Below are positions 37,251-47,132 of a DNA stretch of 64,000 nt, piece after piece (the stretch's first letter is position 1; each line of letters starts with the position of its first letter). The translations under genes and the position numbers were made by a program. The stretch is taken from positions 22,490 to 86,489 of the forward strand of contig JANQFP010000252.1 of assembly GCA_028277795.1 (NCBI GenBank), written 5' to 3'. The notes under the pieces were generated by a model that was given only the letters and a program-made list of their open reading frames with translations, made no database searches and was not told the DNA's origin. The DNA is from Rhodospirillales bacterium (GTDB lineage Bacteria > Pseudomonadota > Alphaproteobacteria > Rhodospirillales > JANQFP01).

Positions 37251-37310
37251 TTCGATACCGCCCTGCCCTGCCTCGACGAGAAGACACTAAACCAGATGTT
37301 CTCGTCTTGT

Positions 37311-38555
37311 TCAACCCCTGCCTGCGTCGGCGGCCGTGTGGCCGGAGCGGACGCTGCCTTCGATGGTTGCGGGCAGGCCGGTGTCCGTCCAATCGCCGGC
37401 CAGCAGCAGGTTGGACCACGCCGTGCGCGGGCCCGGCCGGCGTGCCGACTGGGCCGGGGTCTGGGCGAAGGTGGCGCGCCTCTCCTTGACGATGCGGTGG
37501 GCCGGCAGCGGTGCATTCCCCAGGTCCAGGGCGCGCACGATGTCGTGCCAGATGGCCTCGGCAATGGCGGAGGCGGGCGCCTCGGCCAGGGCGTCGGCGG
37601 CGCTCACCGTGGCCGATACCACGTCGCCCCGGACGAACAGCCACTGGGCGGTGCCGCCCACCACGCCGAGGAAGGACAGGGACTCGCGGCGCGCCGGCAG
37701 GCGGAAATGACCGTTGACGATGGCCCGGCTGCCGTCGGGCACGGTGAGGCCGGGGACCAGGTCGGCGGCCGCCGCCGGCGGCACCGCCAGCACCACCCGG
37801 TCGTCGGCACCGACGGACAGCGGGTCGCCGCCCAGGTCCAGGGCCGTCACCCGATCGCCGTCGAAGGTCAATGCCCGCAGGCGGCGGTTCAAATGGACGG
37901 GGCACTGTCGCTCCGCCAGCAGTGCCAGCGCCGGGTCGACGAAGCTTTCGCTCAATCCTTCGCGGGCGATCAGTGGCCGGCAGGCGGCGGCGCCGCGCCC
38001 GAAGGTCTCCCGCAGCACCGGCCACAGCAGGGCGGCGGCAGCCTCGTCGGCGGCCGTGTTCAGCGCCGCCACGGCCAGCGGCTCCCAGAACCGGCGGTAG
38101 GCGGCTCCGCCGTCGTCGAGGCAGCCGGCGACCGTGGCATCCCCTGCCCGCGCCAGGCGCAGGCCGCGCAGGTAGTCGGCGGCCCGCGTGCCCGCCACAC
38201 GCCGGTGCGGTGACAATATCCACCAGGGCAGACGGCCGTGGTTTGGGCGGACCGTCCACCGGGTCCCGTCCACCAGGTCGAGGAACGGAAACGCCGCCTC
38301 GCCCGGACCCGCCAGGCTGTCGGCGGCGCCGATGTCGGCCAGGTAGGCCTGCGCCGATCGGTTGCCGCTGAGCAGCAAGTGGTTGCCGTTGTCGATGCGG
38401 CGGTCGAGGGCGGCGTCGTGGAAAGACCGGCAACGGCCACCGGCATGACCCGCCGCCTCGAAGACGGTGACCGGCCGGCCGGCCAGCGCCAGGCGCACGG
38501 CGCAGGCCAGGCCGGCGACGCCGGCGCCGATCACGAAGAACCGGCCTGCGGTCAT
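37311..38555 (-). CDS. hpnE: hydroxysqualene dehydroxylase HpnE (FAD-dependent amine-oxidase family)
   Basis: FAD motif FVIGAGVAGLACA at the proposed start (ATG 38555, ATGA overlap with hpnD). The track ORF runs further upstream. Confidence 0.85.
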   Translation of the reverse strand: MTAGRFFVIGAGVAGLACAVRLALAGRPVTVFEAAGHAGGRCRSFHDAALDRRIDNGNHLLLSGNRSAQAYLADIGAADSLAGPGEAAFPFLDLVDGTRWTVRPNHGRLPWWILSPHRRVAGTRAADYLRGLRLARAGDATVAGCLDDGGAAYRRFWEPLAVAALNTAADEAAAALLWPVLRETFGRGAAACRPLIAREGLSESFVDPALALLAERQCPVHLNRRLRALTFDGDRVTALDLGGDPLSVGADDRVVLAVPPAAAADLVPGLTVPDGSRAIVNGHFRLPARRESLSFLGVVGGTAQWLFVRGDVVSATVSAADALAEAPASAIAEAIWHDIVRALDLGNAPLPAHRIVKERRATFAQTPAQSARRPGPRTAWSNLLLAGDWTDTGLPATIEGSVRSGHTAADAGRG

Positions 38556-39436
38556 CGCATGCCGTAGCGCAGCGCCACCCACAGCTTCTCGACCCGGGAC
38601 AGGCGCACCGGCTGGGCGATGCGCTGCCAGCCGCGGGCCACCAGGCGCCGCAGGATGCGGCGGTAGACCTCCATCATCATCACCGCCGGCCGCACCTGCA
38701 CCCGGTCGCAGGTGGCGAGCAACGCCGCCGCGTCTTCGAAGCGTCGTTGGGCCCGGTGCGCGATGGCGGCACACACGGGCCCCACCGCCGGGTGGTCGAG
38801 GATGGCCTCGGCGCCGCCGGCCAGGTGGGTGTCGGTGGCCCCGTGGCCGCGCAGCAGGTCCCCGGGCAGGTACAGGCGGTCGCGGATCGCATCCTCGTGC
38901 AGGTCGGACAGGATGTTGGTGAGCTGAAGGGCCTGACCCAGGTCCGCGGCCAAGCGGTCGCTGACCCCGTCCTCGAGCCCGAAAACCCGGTTGGACAGGC
39001 GACCGACGGCGCAGGCGACGCGGTCGCAGTAGCGGTCCAGTTCGGTCACGTCGGCCATGCGCACCCGCTCGGCGGCGTCCGTCTCCATGCCGTCGATGAG
39101 ATCCCGGAAGTCCGATTTCGGGAGCCCGAACCGAGCAATGGGCTCGGTCAGCGCCTGGGACGTCGGCCAGCGGGCGCCGCCGCCGTAGAGCCGATCGATC
39201 TCGGCGCGCCAGCGGGCGAGCTGGTCCAGCTTATCGGCGGTCGGTGCCGGCCCGTCGGCGATGTCGTCCACTTCGCGGCAGAAGGCGTAGATGGCGAACA
39301 TGGCACGGCGCTTCTCGGCGGGAAGAAGCCGCATGGCCCAGTAGAACGAGGATCCCGAGCGGCGGACCACGGACTCCACGTAGTCCGCGCTGCTGTCCGC
39401 ATGGTCCCCCAACCGCGTGTCGTTCATGGCCGCCAT
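38552..39436 (-). CDS. hpnD: presqualene diphosphate synthase HpnD
   Basis: SQS/PSY family: RRSGSSFYWAMRLLP, YAFCREVDDIAD (first Asp-rich motif). Confidence 0.85.
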   Translation of the reverse strand: MAAMNDTRLGDHADSSADYVESVVRRSGSSFYWAMRLLPAEKRRAMFAIYAFCREVDDIADGPAPTADKLDQLARWRAEIDRLYGGGARWPTSQALTEPIARFGLPKSDFRDLIDGMETDAAERVRMADVTELDRYCDRVACAVGRLSNRVFGLEDGVSDRLAADLGQALQLTNILSDLHEDAIRDRLYLPGDLLRGHGATDTHLAGGAEAILDHPAVGPVCAAIAHRAQRRFEDAAALLATCDRVQVRPAVMMMEVYRRILRRLVARGWQRIAQPVRLSRVEKLWVALRYGMR

Positions 39437-39460
39437 GGATACACGACGGGGCGTCAGCCG

Positions 39461-40609
39461 TCACCCGTCGTAAACGCGCCCCTTCCACGCCCCACCCCGC
39501 CCCTGGAGGTGCCTGCGTGCGGAATCGATGGTCATCAGCGTGTACAGCAGCGCTGCAACCGGAAGCAGCAGGGTGGCGGCCGGGGGCTGCCGGTAAAGAG
39601 TATGGGTCGGGCGGTAGGCCACCGCCATCAGAAGCCAGGCGGCCGCCCCCGCCACGACCGCCGCCACGTCCCCCGCCATCCCCCCGACCAGCACCGCCGC
39701 CGCCGGCGCAAGGTACAGAACCGCCATGCCGACCACCGTGCCGATCAGGGCGAGGGGCGAATGGCCGAGCTGGGTGTAGGCGGTGCGGGCGACCATGGTC
39801 CAGATTTCGTCCAGGCGGTCGTAGGTCCTCAGGCTCACCGACTCCGTGCTCAGCCCCAGCCAGATGAGACCCTCGTTCTCGACTCGGGCGGCGAGGGCGC
39901 AGTCGTCGATGAGGCGGTCGCGAATGGCGGCCACGCCGCCGACGGCGTCGAGCGCGGTCCGCCGCACCAGCATGCAGCCGCCGGCGGCAGCGGCCTGGGG
40001 ACGGGCCGGATCGTTGACCCAGGGAAAAGGGTAGAGCTTCTGGAAGAAGAACACGAACGCCGGAATGAGCAGGCGCTCCCAGGCGCCGGCGCAGTGGAGC
40101 CGCACCATCAGCGAGGCCAGGGCCAGCCCCTCATACTCGGCCTTGTCCACCAGGCGCCGCACCGCCGTCGGGGCATGCGCGATGTCGGCGTCCGTGAGCA
40201 GCACGTACCGGGCCTCCGGATCCACCGACGACGACGCCTTCAGTCCCTGATGGACGGCCCACAGCTTCCCGGTCCAGCCGGACGGCAACGGCGCGCCGGG
40301 AACCACCGTGAGGCGCGGCGCATTTCCGGCGGCGGCGGCCGTCCCGTCGGTGCTGCCGTCATCGACGACGATTACCGACAGGTCTCCCGGGTAGTCCTGG
40401 GTGAGCAGGGAATTCACCGCGCGGCCGATGGTCGGGGCTTCGTCGCGGGCCGGGATCACCGCGACCACCGACGGCCAGGACTCGAGGTCGGGACTGCCCT
40501 GGCCGAGGCGCTGGTCGGCGCGCCAGAAGCCGCCGCGCCCGAACAGCAGAACCAGCCAGGCGATCAGGGACAGGGTGGCGACGACGGCGGCAACGAGCGA
40601 CGCCGCCAC
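39461..40609 (-). CDS. hpnB: hopene-associated family-2 glycosyltransferase HpnB
   Basis: N-terminal TM plus GT-A domain (VAVIPARDEA ... VVDDGSTDGT ... LLTDADI) and C-terminal TM helices. Lies between hpnC and hpnD. Confidence 0.75.
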   Translation of the reverse strand: MAASLVAAVVATLSLIAWLVLLFGRGGFWRADQRLGQGSPDLESWPSVVAVIPARDEAPTIGRAVNSLLTQDYPGDLSVIVVDDGSTDGTAAAAGNAPRLTVVPGAPLPSGWTGKLWAVHQGLKASSSVDPEARYVLLTDADIAHAPTAVRRLVDKAEYEGLALASLMVRLHCAGAWERLLIPAFVFFFQKLYPFPWVNDPARPQAAAAGGCMLVRRTALDAVGGVAAIRDRLIDDCALAARVENEGLIWLGLSTESVSLRTYDRLDEIWTMVARTAYTQLGHSPLALIGTVVGMAVLYLAPAAAVLVGGMAGDVAAVVAGAAAWLLMAVAYRPTHTLYRQPPAATLLLPVAALLYTLMTIDSARRHLQGRGGAWKGRVYDG

Positions 40610-40610
40610 G

Positions 40611-41462
40611 TCAGACGGCCGCGGTGAGCGCGCCCCGGACGCAGCAGCGCGCGTAGTCCATCCGGGTCAGCTCGACCCGCCGGGCCAGTGGATCGCGCCG
40701 CCGCAACAGCACGGTCAGACGCTCGGCGATGCGCAGGATGGCGCCCGATTCCATGGCCAGACGCCGGCTGCGCAGGCCCCCCGGCAGGGCCCGCGCCTCG
40801 GCCAACAGCCGTTCGGTGGCGCCCAGGGTGCGGTCGAAAACCCGGCGCAACGGTGGCGGTGTCCGGGTCCGGTCCAGATCCTCGACCGTGGCCCCATAGG
40901 CCGCCATCCAATCCTGGGGCAGGTAGACCCGGTCCAGGCTGCGGTAGTCGTCCTGGCAGTCCTGAAGGTGGTTGATCACCTGCAGGGCCATGCACAGGGC
41001 GTCGGACGCCGCGTAGCCGTTCCTGGCCCCCCCGTGCAGGTCGAGCAGGTAGCGGCCGACCGGCGCCGCCGACAGCCGGCAATAGCCCATGAGGTCGTCC
41101 CAGTCGCGATACCGCGACTTGGTGGCGTCCTGCTTGAAGGCGGCCAGCAGGTCCACGCAGTGCTGGGGAGTGACGTCGGTCTCGGCCAGGCTGTCGCGCA
41201 TGTGATGGGCCTTGGCCAACGCGGCATCGGACGGGCCGCGGCCGAGCAGCGCGTCCTCGAAGCGGTCCAGGCGGGTCACCTTGTCGTCGGGGGCCAGGCC
41301 CGGGTTGTCGGCGATGTCGTCGATGGCGCGGGCGAAGGCATAGAACACCGCGACGTGGGGCCGCAGGGGGGCGGGCAGCAGCCACGAGCCGACAGGGAAG
41401 TTCTCGTAAGCCTGGTCCTTGCCCGAAGGCGTCTCGACCGTTGGCGAGGCGGCGACCGTCAT
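40611..41462 (-). CDS. hpnC: hydroxysqualene synthase HpnC
   Basis: SQS/PSY family: YENFPVGSWLLPAPLRPHV, FYAFARAIDDIADN. Confidence 0.85.
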   Translation of the reverse strand: MTVAASPTVETPSGKDQAYENFPVGSWLLPAPLRPHVAVFYAFARAIDDIADNPGLAPDDKVTRLDRFEDALLGRGPSDAALAKAHHMRDSLAETDVTPQHCVDLLAAFKQDATKSRYRDWDDLMGYCRLSAAPVGRYLLDLHGGARNGYAASDALCMALQVINHLQDCQDDYRSLDRVYLPQDWMAAYGATVEDLDRTRTPPPLRRVFDRTLGATERLLAEARALPGGLRSRRLAMESGAILRIAERLTVLLRRRDPLARRVELTRMDYARCCVRGALTAAV

Positions 41463-41482
41463 GACCGCTGCGGTGGGGCTCC

Positions 41483-42127
41483 CTAAACGTCCTTGTTCTT
41501 GAGGAGCTTGCGCAACTCCACCAGCAGGGCCTCGACCTGGCCCCCGTTCTTGCGGATGACGGACGCGAATTCCTTGCGCTGCGTCAGCCCCATGCTGATG
41601 CCCTCGACCATGATGTCCACGATCTTGAGGCCGTTCCCGCGCGGCCGCACCCGCCAGTCCACGCTGACGGGCTGGGAGCCGTGGGGCTGGATGAGCTCCG
41701 AGCGGACGATGATGTCCCGCTTGCCGCCGGCCACCGTCTTGAGCACCGACAGGGTCTCCCCCTTGTACTCGGAGAACCGGTTGGCATAGGTGACGACGAT
41801 CAGGTCCTCGAACAACTGCAGGTACTCGTCCTGCTCGGCCGGTGTGGCCTTCTTCCAGTAGCGCCCCAGGACCCAGCGCCCGATGGTCTTGACGTCGAAG
41901 TGCTCGGCCAGCAGCGAGCGGAAGCGCTCCTCGCGCTGTTCACGGGCGATGTCGGTGACGGCGAGGGCGGCGATGGCCCGCTCGGCAAGGGACTCGATGA
42001 ACATGCGCGCCTTGTCGGCGCCGTCATCGGCCCGACCGGATGCGTCGACCCCGGCGACACCCAGAACAACCGCCAGCCCGACAACCCGCAAAACCCGTCG
42101 CGCGAACATCTGTGCTGTTTTCTCCAT
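41483..42127 (-). CDS. MlaC/Ttg2D-family periplasmic lipid-binding protein (HpnM-like), paralogue 3
   Basis: Signal peptide plus Ttg2D pattern (GLKIVDIMVEGISMGLTQRKEF). First gene of the minus-strand hpnC-B-D-E block. Confidence 0.75.
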   Translation of the reverse strand: MEKTAQMFARRVLRVVGLAVVLGVAGVDASGRADDGADKARMFIESLAERAIAALAVTDIAREQREERFRSLLAEHFDVKTIGRWVLGRYWKKATPAEQDEYLQLFEDLIVVTYANRFSEYKGETLSVLKTVAGGKRDIIVRSELIQPHGSQPVSVDWRVRPRGNGLKIVDIMVEGISMGLTQRKEFASVIRKNGGQVEALLVELRKLLKNKDV

Positions 42128-42261
42128 CCATCACAGGCCGGCCAGCCTTGGCCGAGCCGAACAGACAGACTGCCAATGGCGGCGAAGAAATCAAGAAAAA
42201 GACTCGTTCGACGCGCGCTTCCGCGACGCCCCTTGACCTGTGCGGGTCGTCCCGCAGACCG

Positions 42262-43026
42262 TCAGCCGTCGATGTTCTCGAGGCGGCGGCGGGACCGCTC
42301 CTGCCGCAGGATCTCGTCCGCCGATCCGCGCAGGACCGAGACGACGAACCCGAGGTGGGTGCGGGCCGAGCGCCGCGCCGCATCGCCATCGCCGGCCATG
42401 ACGGCATCGTAGAGGTCCCGGTGCTGCCGGCGGATGGCGTCCATGCCGCCGGCCTCGGCATAGATGCGGTCGAGATTGTCGGCGATGGTCGCACGCAGCA
42501 GATTGAACAGGCCGCGCATGACCTGGACCAGGGCGACGTTGTGAGACGCGTCGGCGATGGCCATGTGGAACGCCAGGTCGGCATCGGCGTTGGTCATCCG
42601 CTCCGCGGTCTGATAGGTGCTCTCCAGGGCGCTGAAACGCATGGCGATGATCTCGCGGTCCACGTCGTTGGCGCGGATGGCGGCGAACTGGGCCGCCATC
42701 TCCTCCAGGACCGAGCGCACCTCGAGGAAATCGCCGACCGCGTCGGGCCGCTGCTTGAGAAGGTGAATCAGGGGTTCGGTGACGGTGTCGGCGGCGACAT
42801 CGCACACGTAGGTCCCGCCGCCGCGGCGCGCCTGCAGGAGCCCGCGCGCCTGGAGTACGCCAAGAGCCTCCCGCAACGACGCCCGAGAGACGTCGAGCTG
42901 CTGGGCGAGATCCCTTTCCGCGGGCAGCCGGTCGCCCGGCTTCAGGACGCCATCGAGGATCATGTCCTCGATCTGGCCGACGATGGTTGCCGAGACCTTC
43001 GGGACCTTGACGCTTTTGAACTGCAC
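42262..43026 (-). CDS. GntR-family transcriptional regulator, FadR/PdhR/LldR-like (FCD domain)
   Basis: N-terminal winged HTH (LKPGDRLPAERDLAQQLDVSRASLREALGVL) and a C-terminal FCD all-helical domain. Confidence 0.85.
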   Translation of the reverse strand: MQFKSVKVPKVSATIVGQIEDMILDGVLKPGDRLPAERDLAQQLDVSRASLREALGVLQARGLLQARRGGGTYVCDVAADTVTEPLIHLLKQRPDAVGDFLEVRSVLEEMAAQFAAIRANDVDREIIAMRFSALESTYQTAERMTNADADLAFHMAIADASHNVALVQVMRGLFNLLRATIADNLDRIYAEAGGMDAIRRQHRDLYDAVMAGDGDAARRSARTHLGFVVSVLRGSADEILRQERSRRRLENIDG

Positions 43027-43208
43027 CGCTGCCTCCCGACGTCCCTGCTACACCTGACGCTATCACGGCTACCGCGACCCGTCCACCGCAACAGGTCATT
43101 TGGCCATATCAATTGTCCAATTCAAGGTTGCGGAGGAGGAGGCCACCCGCAGATGAGGCAATTACCCCTTGTATTTCGCCATTGACAAAGCCATGTGGAT
43201 CTCCTATC

Positions 43209-43225
43209 AATTGGTCTGACCAATT
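43209..43225. promoter_or_regulatory. perfect 17-bp palindrome AATTGGTCTGACCAATT, PdhR/FadR-type GntR operator candidate
   Basis: The 8-bp arms are exactly reverse-complementary around a central base. It matches the tGGT-n3-ACCa core of FadR-subfamily operators. A degenerate second copy (TGGCCTGACCAAT) lies at 43261-43273. Both lie upstream of the divergent GntR gene. Confidence 0.6.
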
Positions 43226-43889
43226 CTCCAAAGAAGCAAATAAGAGCCATATCGTGCGAGTGGCCTGACCAATATCCCCGTGGCTCGGGGGTGTGTGGGC
43301 GGCCCCGTGCGGCCGCGAAAAGGGAGGCGTCGCGGTACCATGGCCCAGAATACGGCCACAATTCCATGCCTTTGGAACGCCGTTCGACACGGGATTGCCG
43401 ACCGCAAGGACCCGACGGGCCGCCCGTCCGGTACCGCCCCCGAAACCCCAGCGCACACATATACAAACAATAATCGTTAAAACGATACATTATGTCGTAT
43501 CACCATGCACAATACCCCCCTAAATTGGACGTTGGCTTGTCCCCGCCGTCGCCGCTTGCCGCCGCAAGGTCGTGGAATCTCCATTGTTTTGCGGTCCGGT
43601 TCAAACCTTGCTATAGATTCGCCACGAGCTGCCGCCAAACGGGTCAACCGATCACTGCGGCAACAGGGGGTGAGACGTCCAATGTGGGCCGACTTCCGTC
43701 CGTGCCGAAACCCGTGACGTGTCTCGATCAGGGTCCGCGCCCGCTGGTCGCGTGGTGCCATGCCAGTGGGCCGGGTGAACGGTCGGATCCGGCAGCGCTC
43801 TCCGCCTGCCATCCTCGCACCACCCAACGGGGAGGGGCCGCCTTGGTCCTACCTTTCAACAGAAATCAATGGACTATCGGAGGATAATC

Positions 43890-44972
43890 ATGACCAACAT
43901 GAAGTTCGGGTCCGGCCTCGCCGGCAGGGCTTTGGCGGCTGTCGCAGCCGTTGCGTTCGCCTGTTCGATCGCCGCCGCACCGGCCGACGCCGCCGAGAAG
44001 GTGCGCTGGAAGGTGCCCATCGCCTTCTCGTCGACCCTCCCGGCCCTGGGCGACACCGCGCCCTGGGTGGCCGAGCGGCTGAAGCTGGCCAGCGGCGGCG
44101 ACGTGCAGCTCAAGATCTTCGAGCCCGGCAAGCTGGTGCCGCCGTTCCAGATCATGGAGGCGGTGAAGAACAACAAGCTGCCGGCCGGCTACACCTGGAT
44201 CGGCTACGACATCGGCAAGATCCCGGCGCTGGCCCTGCTGGGCGCCGTCCCCTTCGGCATGGAGCCGTGGGAGTTCATGGCCTGGTGGTACTACGGCAAT
44301 GGCCAGCAGTTGGCCGAGGAGCTGTACGGCGAACACAGCGTCCACCCCATCCTGTGCGGCATCATTCCGCCGGAGACCGCGGGTTGGTTCTCCTTCGAGA
44401 TCAAGTCGCTGGATGACGTCAAGGGCCTCAAGATCCGCTTCGCCGGTCTGGGCGGCAAGGTGCTGGAGAAGCTGGGCGCCTCGGTGACCGTGCTTCCCGG
44501 TGGCGAGATCTACCAGGCGCTTGAGAAGGGCGCCATCGACGCGGCCGAGTTCTCCCTGCCCGAGGTCGACCAGTTGTTGGGCTTCGACAAGATCGTCAAG
44601 AACAACTACTTCCCCGGCTGGCACCAGACCTTCACCTCGCTCCACCTGATCGTCAACAAGACGGTCTGGGACGGCCTGCAAGACTCCACCAAGGGCATGA
44701 TCGACATGGGCTGCATCGCCGGCACCGCCAACAGCCTGGCCAAGGCCGAAGCCAATCAGGGTCCGGTCATCGCCGGTTTCCCGGCCAAGGGCGTGACGCC
44801 GAGGAAGCTGCCCGAGGACGTCCTGCGCACGCTGCAGAAGACCTCGAAGGAGGTCCTCGAGGAAGAGGCTGCCAAGGACGCCTGGTTCAAGAAGATCTAC
44901 GAGTCCCAGAAGGCGTTCAGCGAGCAGTACGCCCTGTGGAAGAAGTTCGGCTTCCTGCCGCGCGACTTCTAG
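43890..44972 (+). CDS. dctP: TRAP transporter substrate-binding protein (DctP family)
   Basis: Signal peptide and DctP-type pattern. ATG 43890 is preceded by GGAGGA (the track ORF starts at 43869). Confidence 0.85.
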   Translation: MTNMKFGSGLAGRALAAVAAVAFACSIAAAPADAAEKVRWKVPIAFSSTLPALGDTAPWVAERLKLASGGDVQLKIFEPGKLVPPFQIMEAVKNNKLPAGYTWIGYDIGKIPALALLGAVPFGMEPWEFMAWWYYGNGQQLAEELYGEHSVHPILCGIIPPETAGWFSFEIKSLDDVKGLKIRFAGLGGKVLEKLGASVTVLPGGEIYQALEKGAIDAAEFSLPEVDQLLGFDKIVKNNYFPGWHQTFTSLHLIVNKTVWDGLQDSTKGMIDMGCIAGTANSLAKAEANQGPVIAGFPAKGVTPRKLPEDVLRTLQKTSKEVLEEEAAKDAWFKKIYESQKAFSEQYALWKKFGFLPRDF

Positions 44973-45004
44973 GGCGCGACGGGTTCGATCGTGGTCGTCC
45001 CCGT

Positions 45005-45068
45005 CCCGTCATTGCCGGACTCGACCCGGCAATCCATGGACCCCCGGGCCGAGCCCGGGGGTGACGGG
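45005..45068. repeat. nested inverted-repeat (multi-hairpin) element in the dctP-dctQ spacer
   Basis: Outer stem cccgtca/tgacggg encloses two hairpins: attgccgg-n7-ccggcaat and cccccggg-n5-cccggggg. Confidence 0.6.
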
Positions 45069-45154
45069 CGGGGGAACGCGAGCCCCACCGATACCGGCAC
45101 GCCCCGGAGTCACCGGTGGGGCGATTCGGCGTGGTGGACGCGAGGGGAGCCTGA

Positions 45155-45760
45155 ATGAGCGATCAGCCTACGCCTTCGGACCGGGACCGCGAAGCGGTCC
45201 TGGAATCCCTGGAACACCATACCGAGTTGCCGCAGACTCGGCTTTCCGGCGCCCTCGAGGGTTTCGTCAGGGGCGTCGGAAACGCCGTGTCGTGGCTGTG
45301 GGTGGTCCTGGTCGTGGTCATCGTGGTCAATGTGACCATGCGCTACGTCTTCGGCGAGGGCCGCATCGAGTTCGAGGAGCTGCAGTGGCACCTCTACGCC
45401 GTCGGCTTCCTGATCGGCCTGTCTTACTGCATCCAGAACGACTCCCACATCCGCATCGACATCCTGCACGAGCGGTTCCGGCTGCGCACCCAGGCGTGGA
45501 TCGAGCTGTTCGGCATCGTCTTCTTCCTGATCCCGTTCGCCGTCATCGTCCTCATCTACTCGCCGGCGTTCATCTCGTACTCGTGGTCTGTGAGCGAGGT
45601 GTCGGACGCCCCCGGGGGCCTGCCCTACCGGTGGGCCGTCAAGTCGTTCATGTTCATCGGCTTCGCCCTGGTCCTCATCGCCGGCGTGGCCCGGCTGCTG
45701 CGGGTGTGGTCGCTGCTGTTCGGCGGCGCGCCGCCCGGCCGGTCCGGCGCGGGGGGCTGA
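45155..45760 (+). CDS. dctQ: TRAP transporter small permease (DctQ family)
   Basis: ~200 aa with four TM helices, between dctP and dctM. SD GAGGGGAG. Confidence 0.8.
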   Translation: MSDQPTPSDRDREAVLESLEHHTELPQTRLSGALEGFVRGVGNAVSWLWVVLVVVIVVNVTMRYVFGEGRIEFEELQWHLYAVGFLIGLSYCIQNDSHIRIDILHERFRLRTQAWIELFGIVFFLIPFAVIVLIYSPAFISYSWSVSEVSDAPGGLPYRWAVKSFMFIGFALVLIAGVARLLRVWSLLFGGAPPGRSGAGG

Positions 45761-45766
45761 CCGGTC

Positions 45767-47122
<1,356 letters not shown>

Positions 47123-47132
47123 GGGCTTGACC

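Noticed and set aside
43275-43868. Possible riboswitch, tRNA or small protein genes in the long dctP leader
   Set aside because: I found no T-loop or anticodon-arm geometry and no recognisable riboswitch core (TPP, cobalamin, SAM-II, glycine) by eye. The 60-130-aa ORFs there overlap one another on both strands and have implausible composition. The region is left as 'unexplained' rather than annotated.
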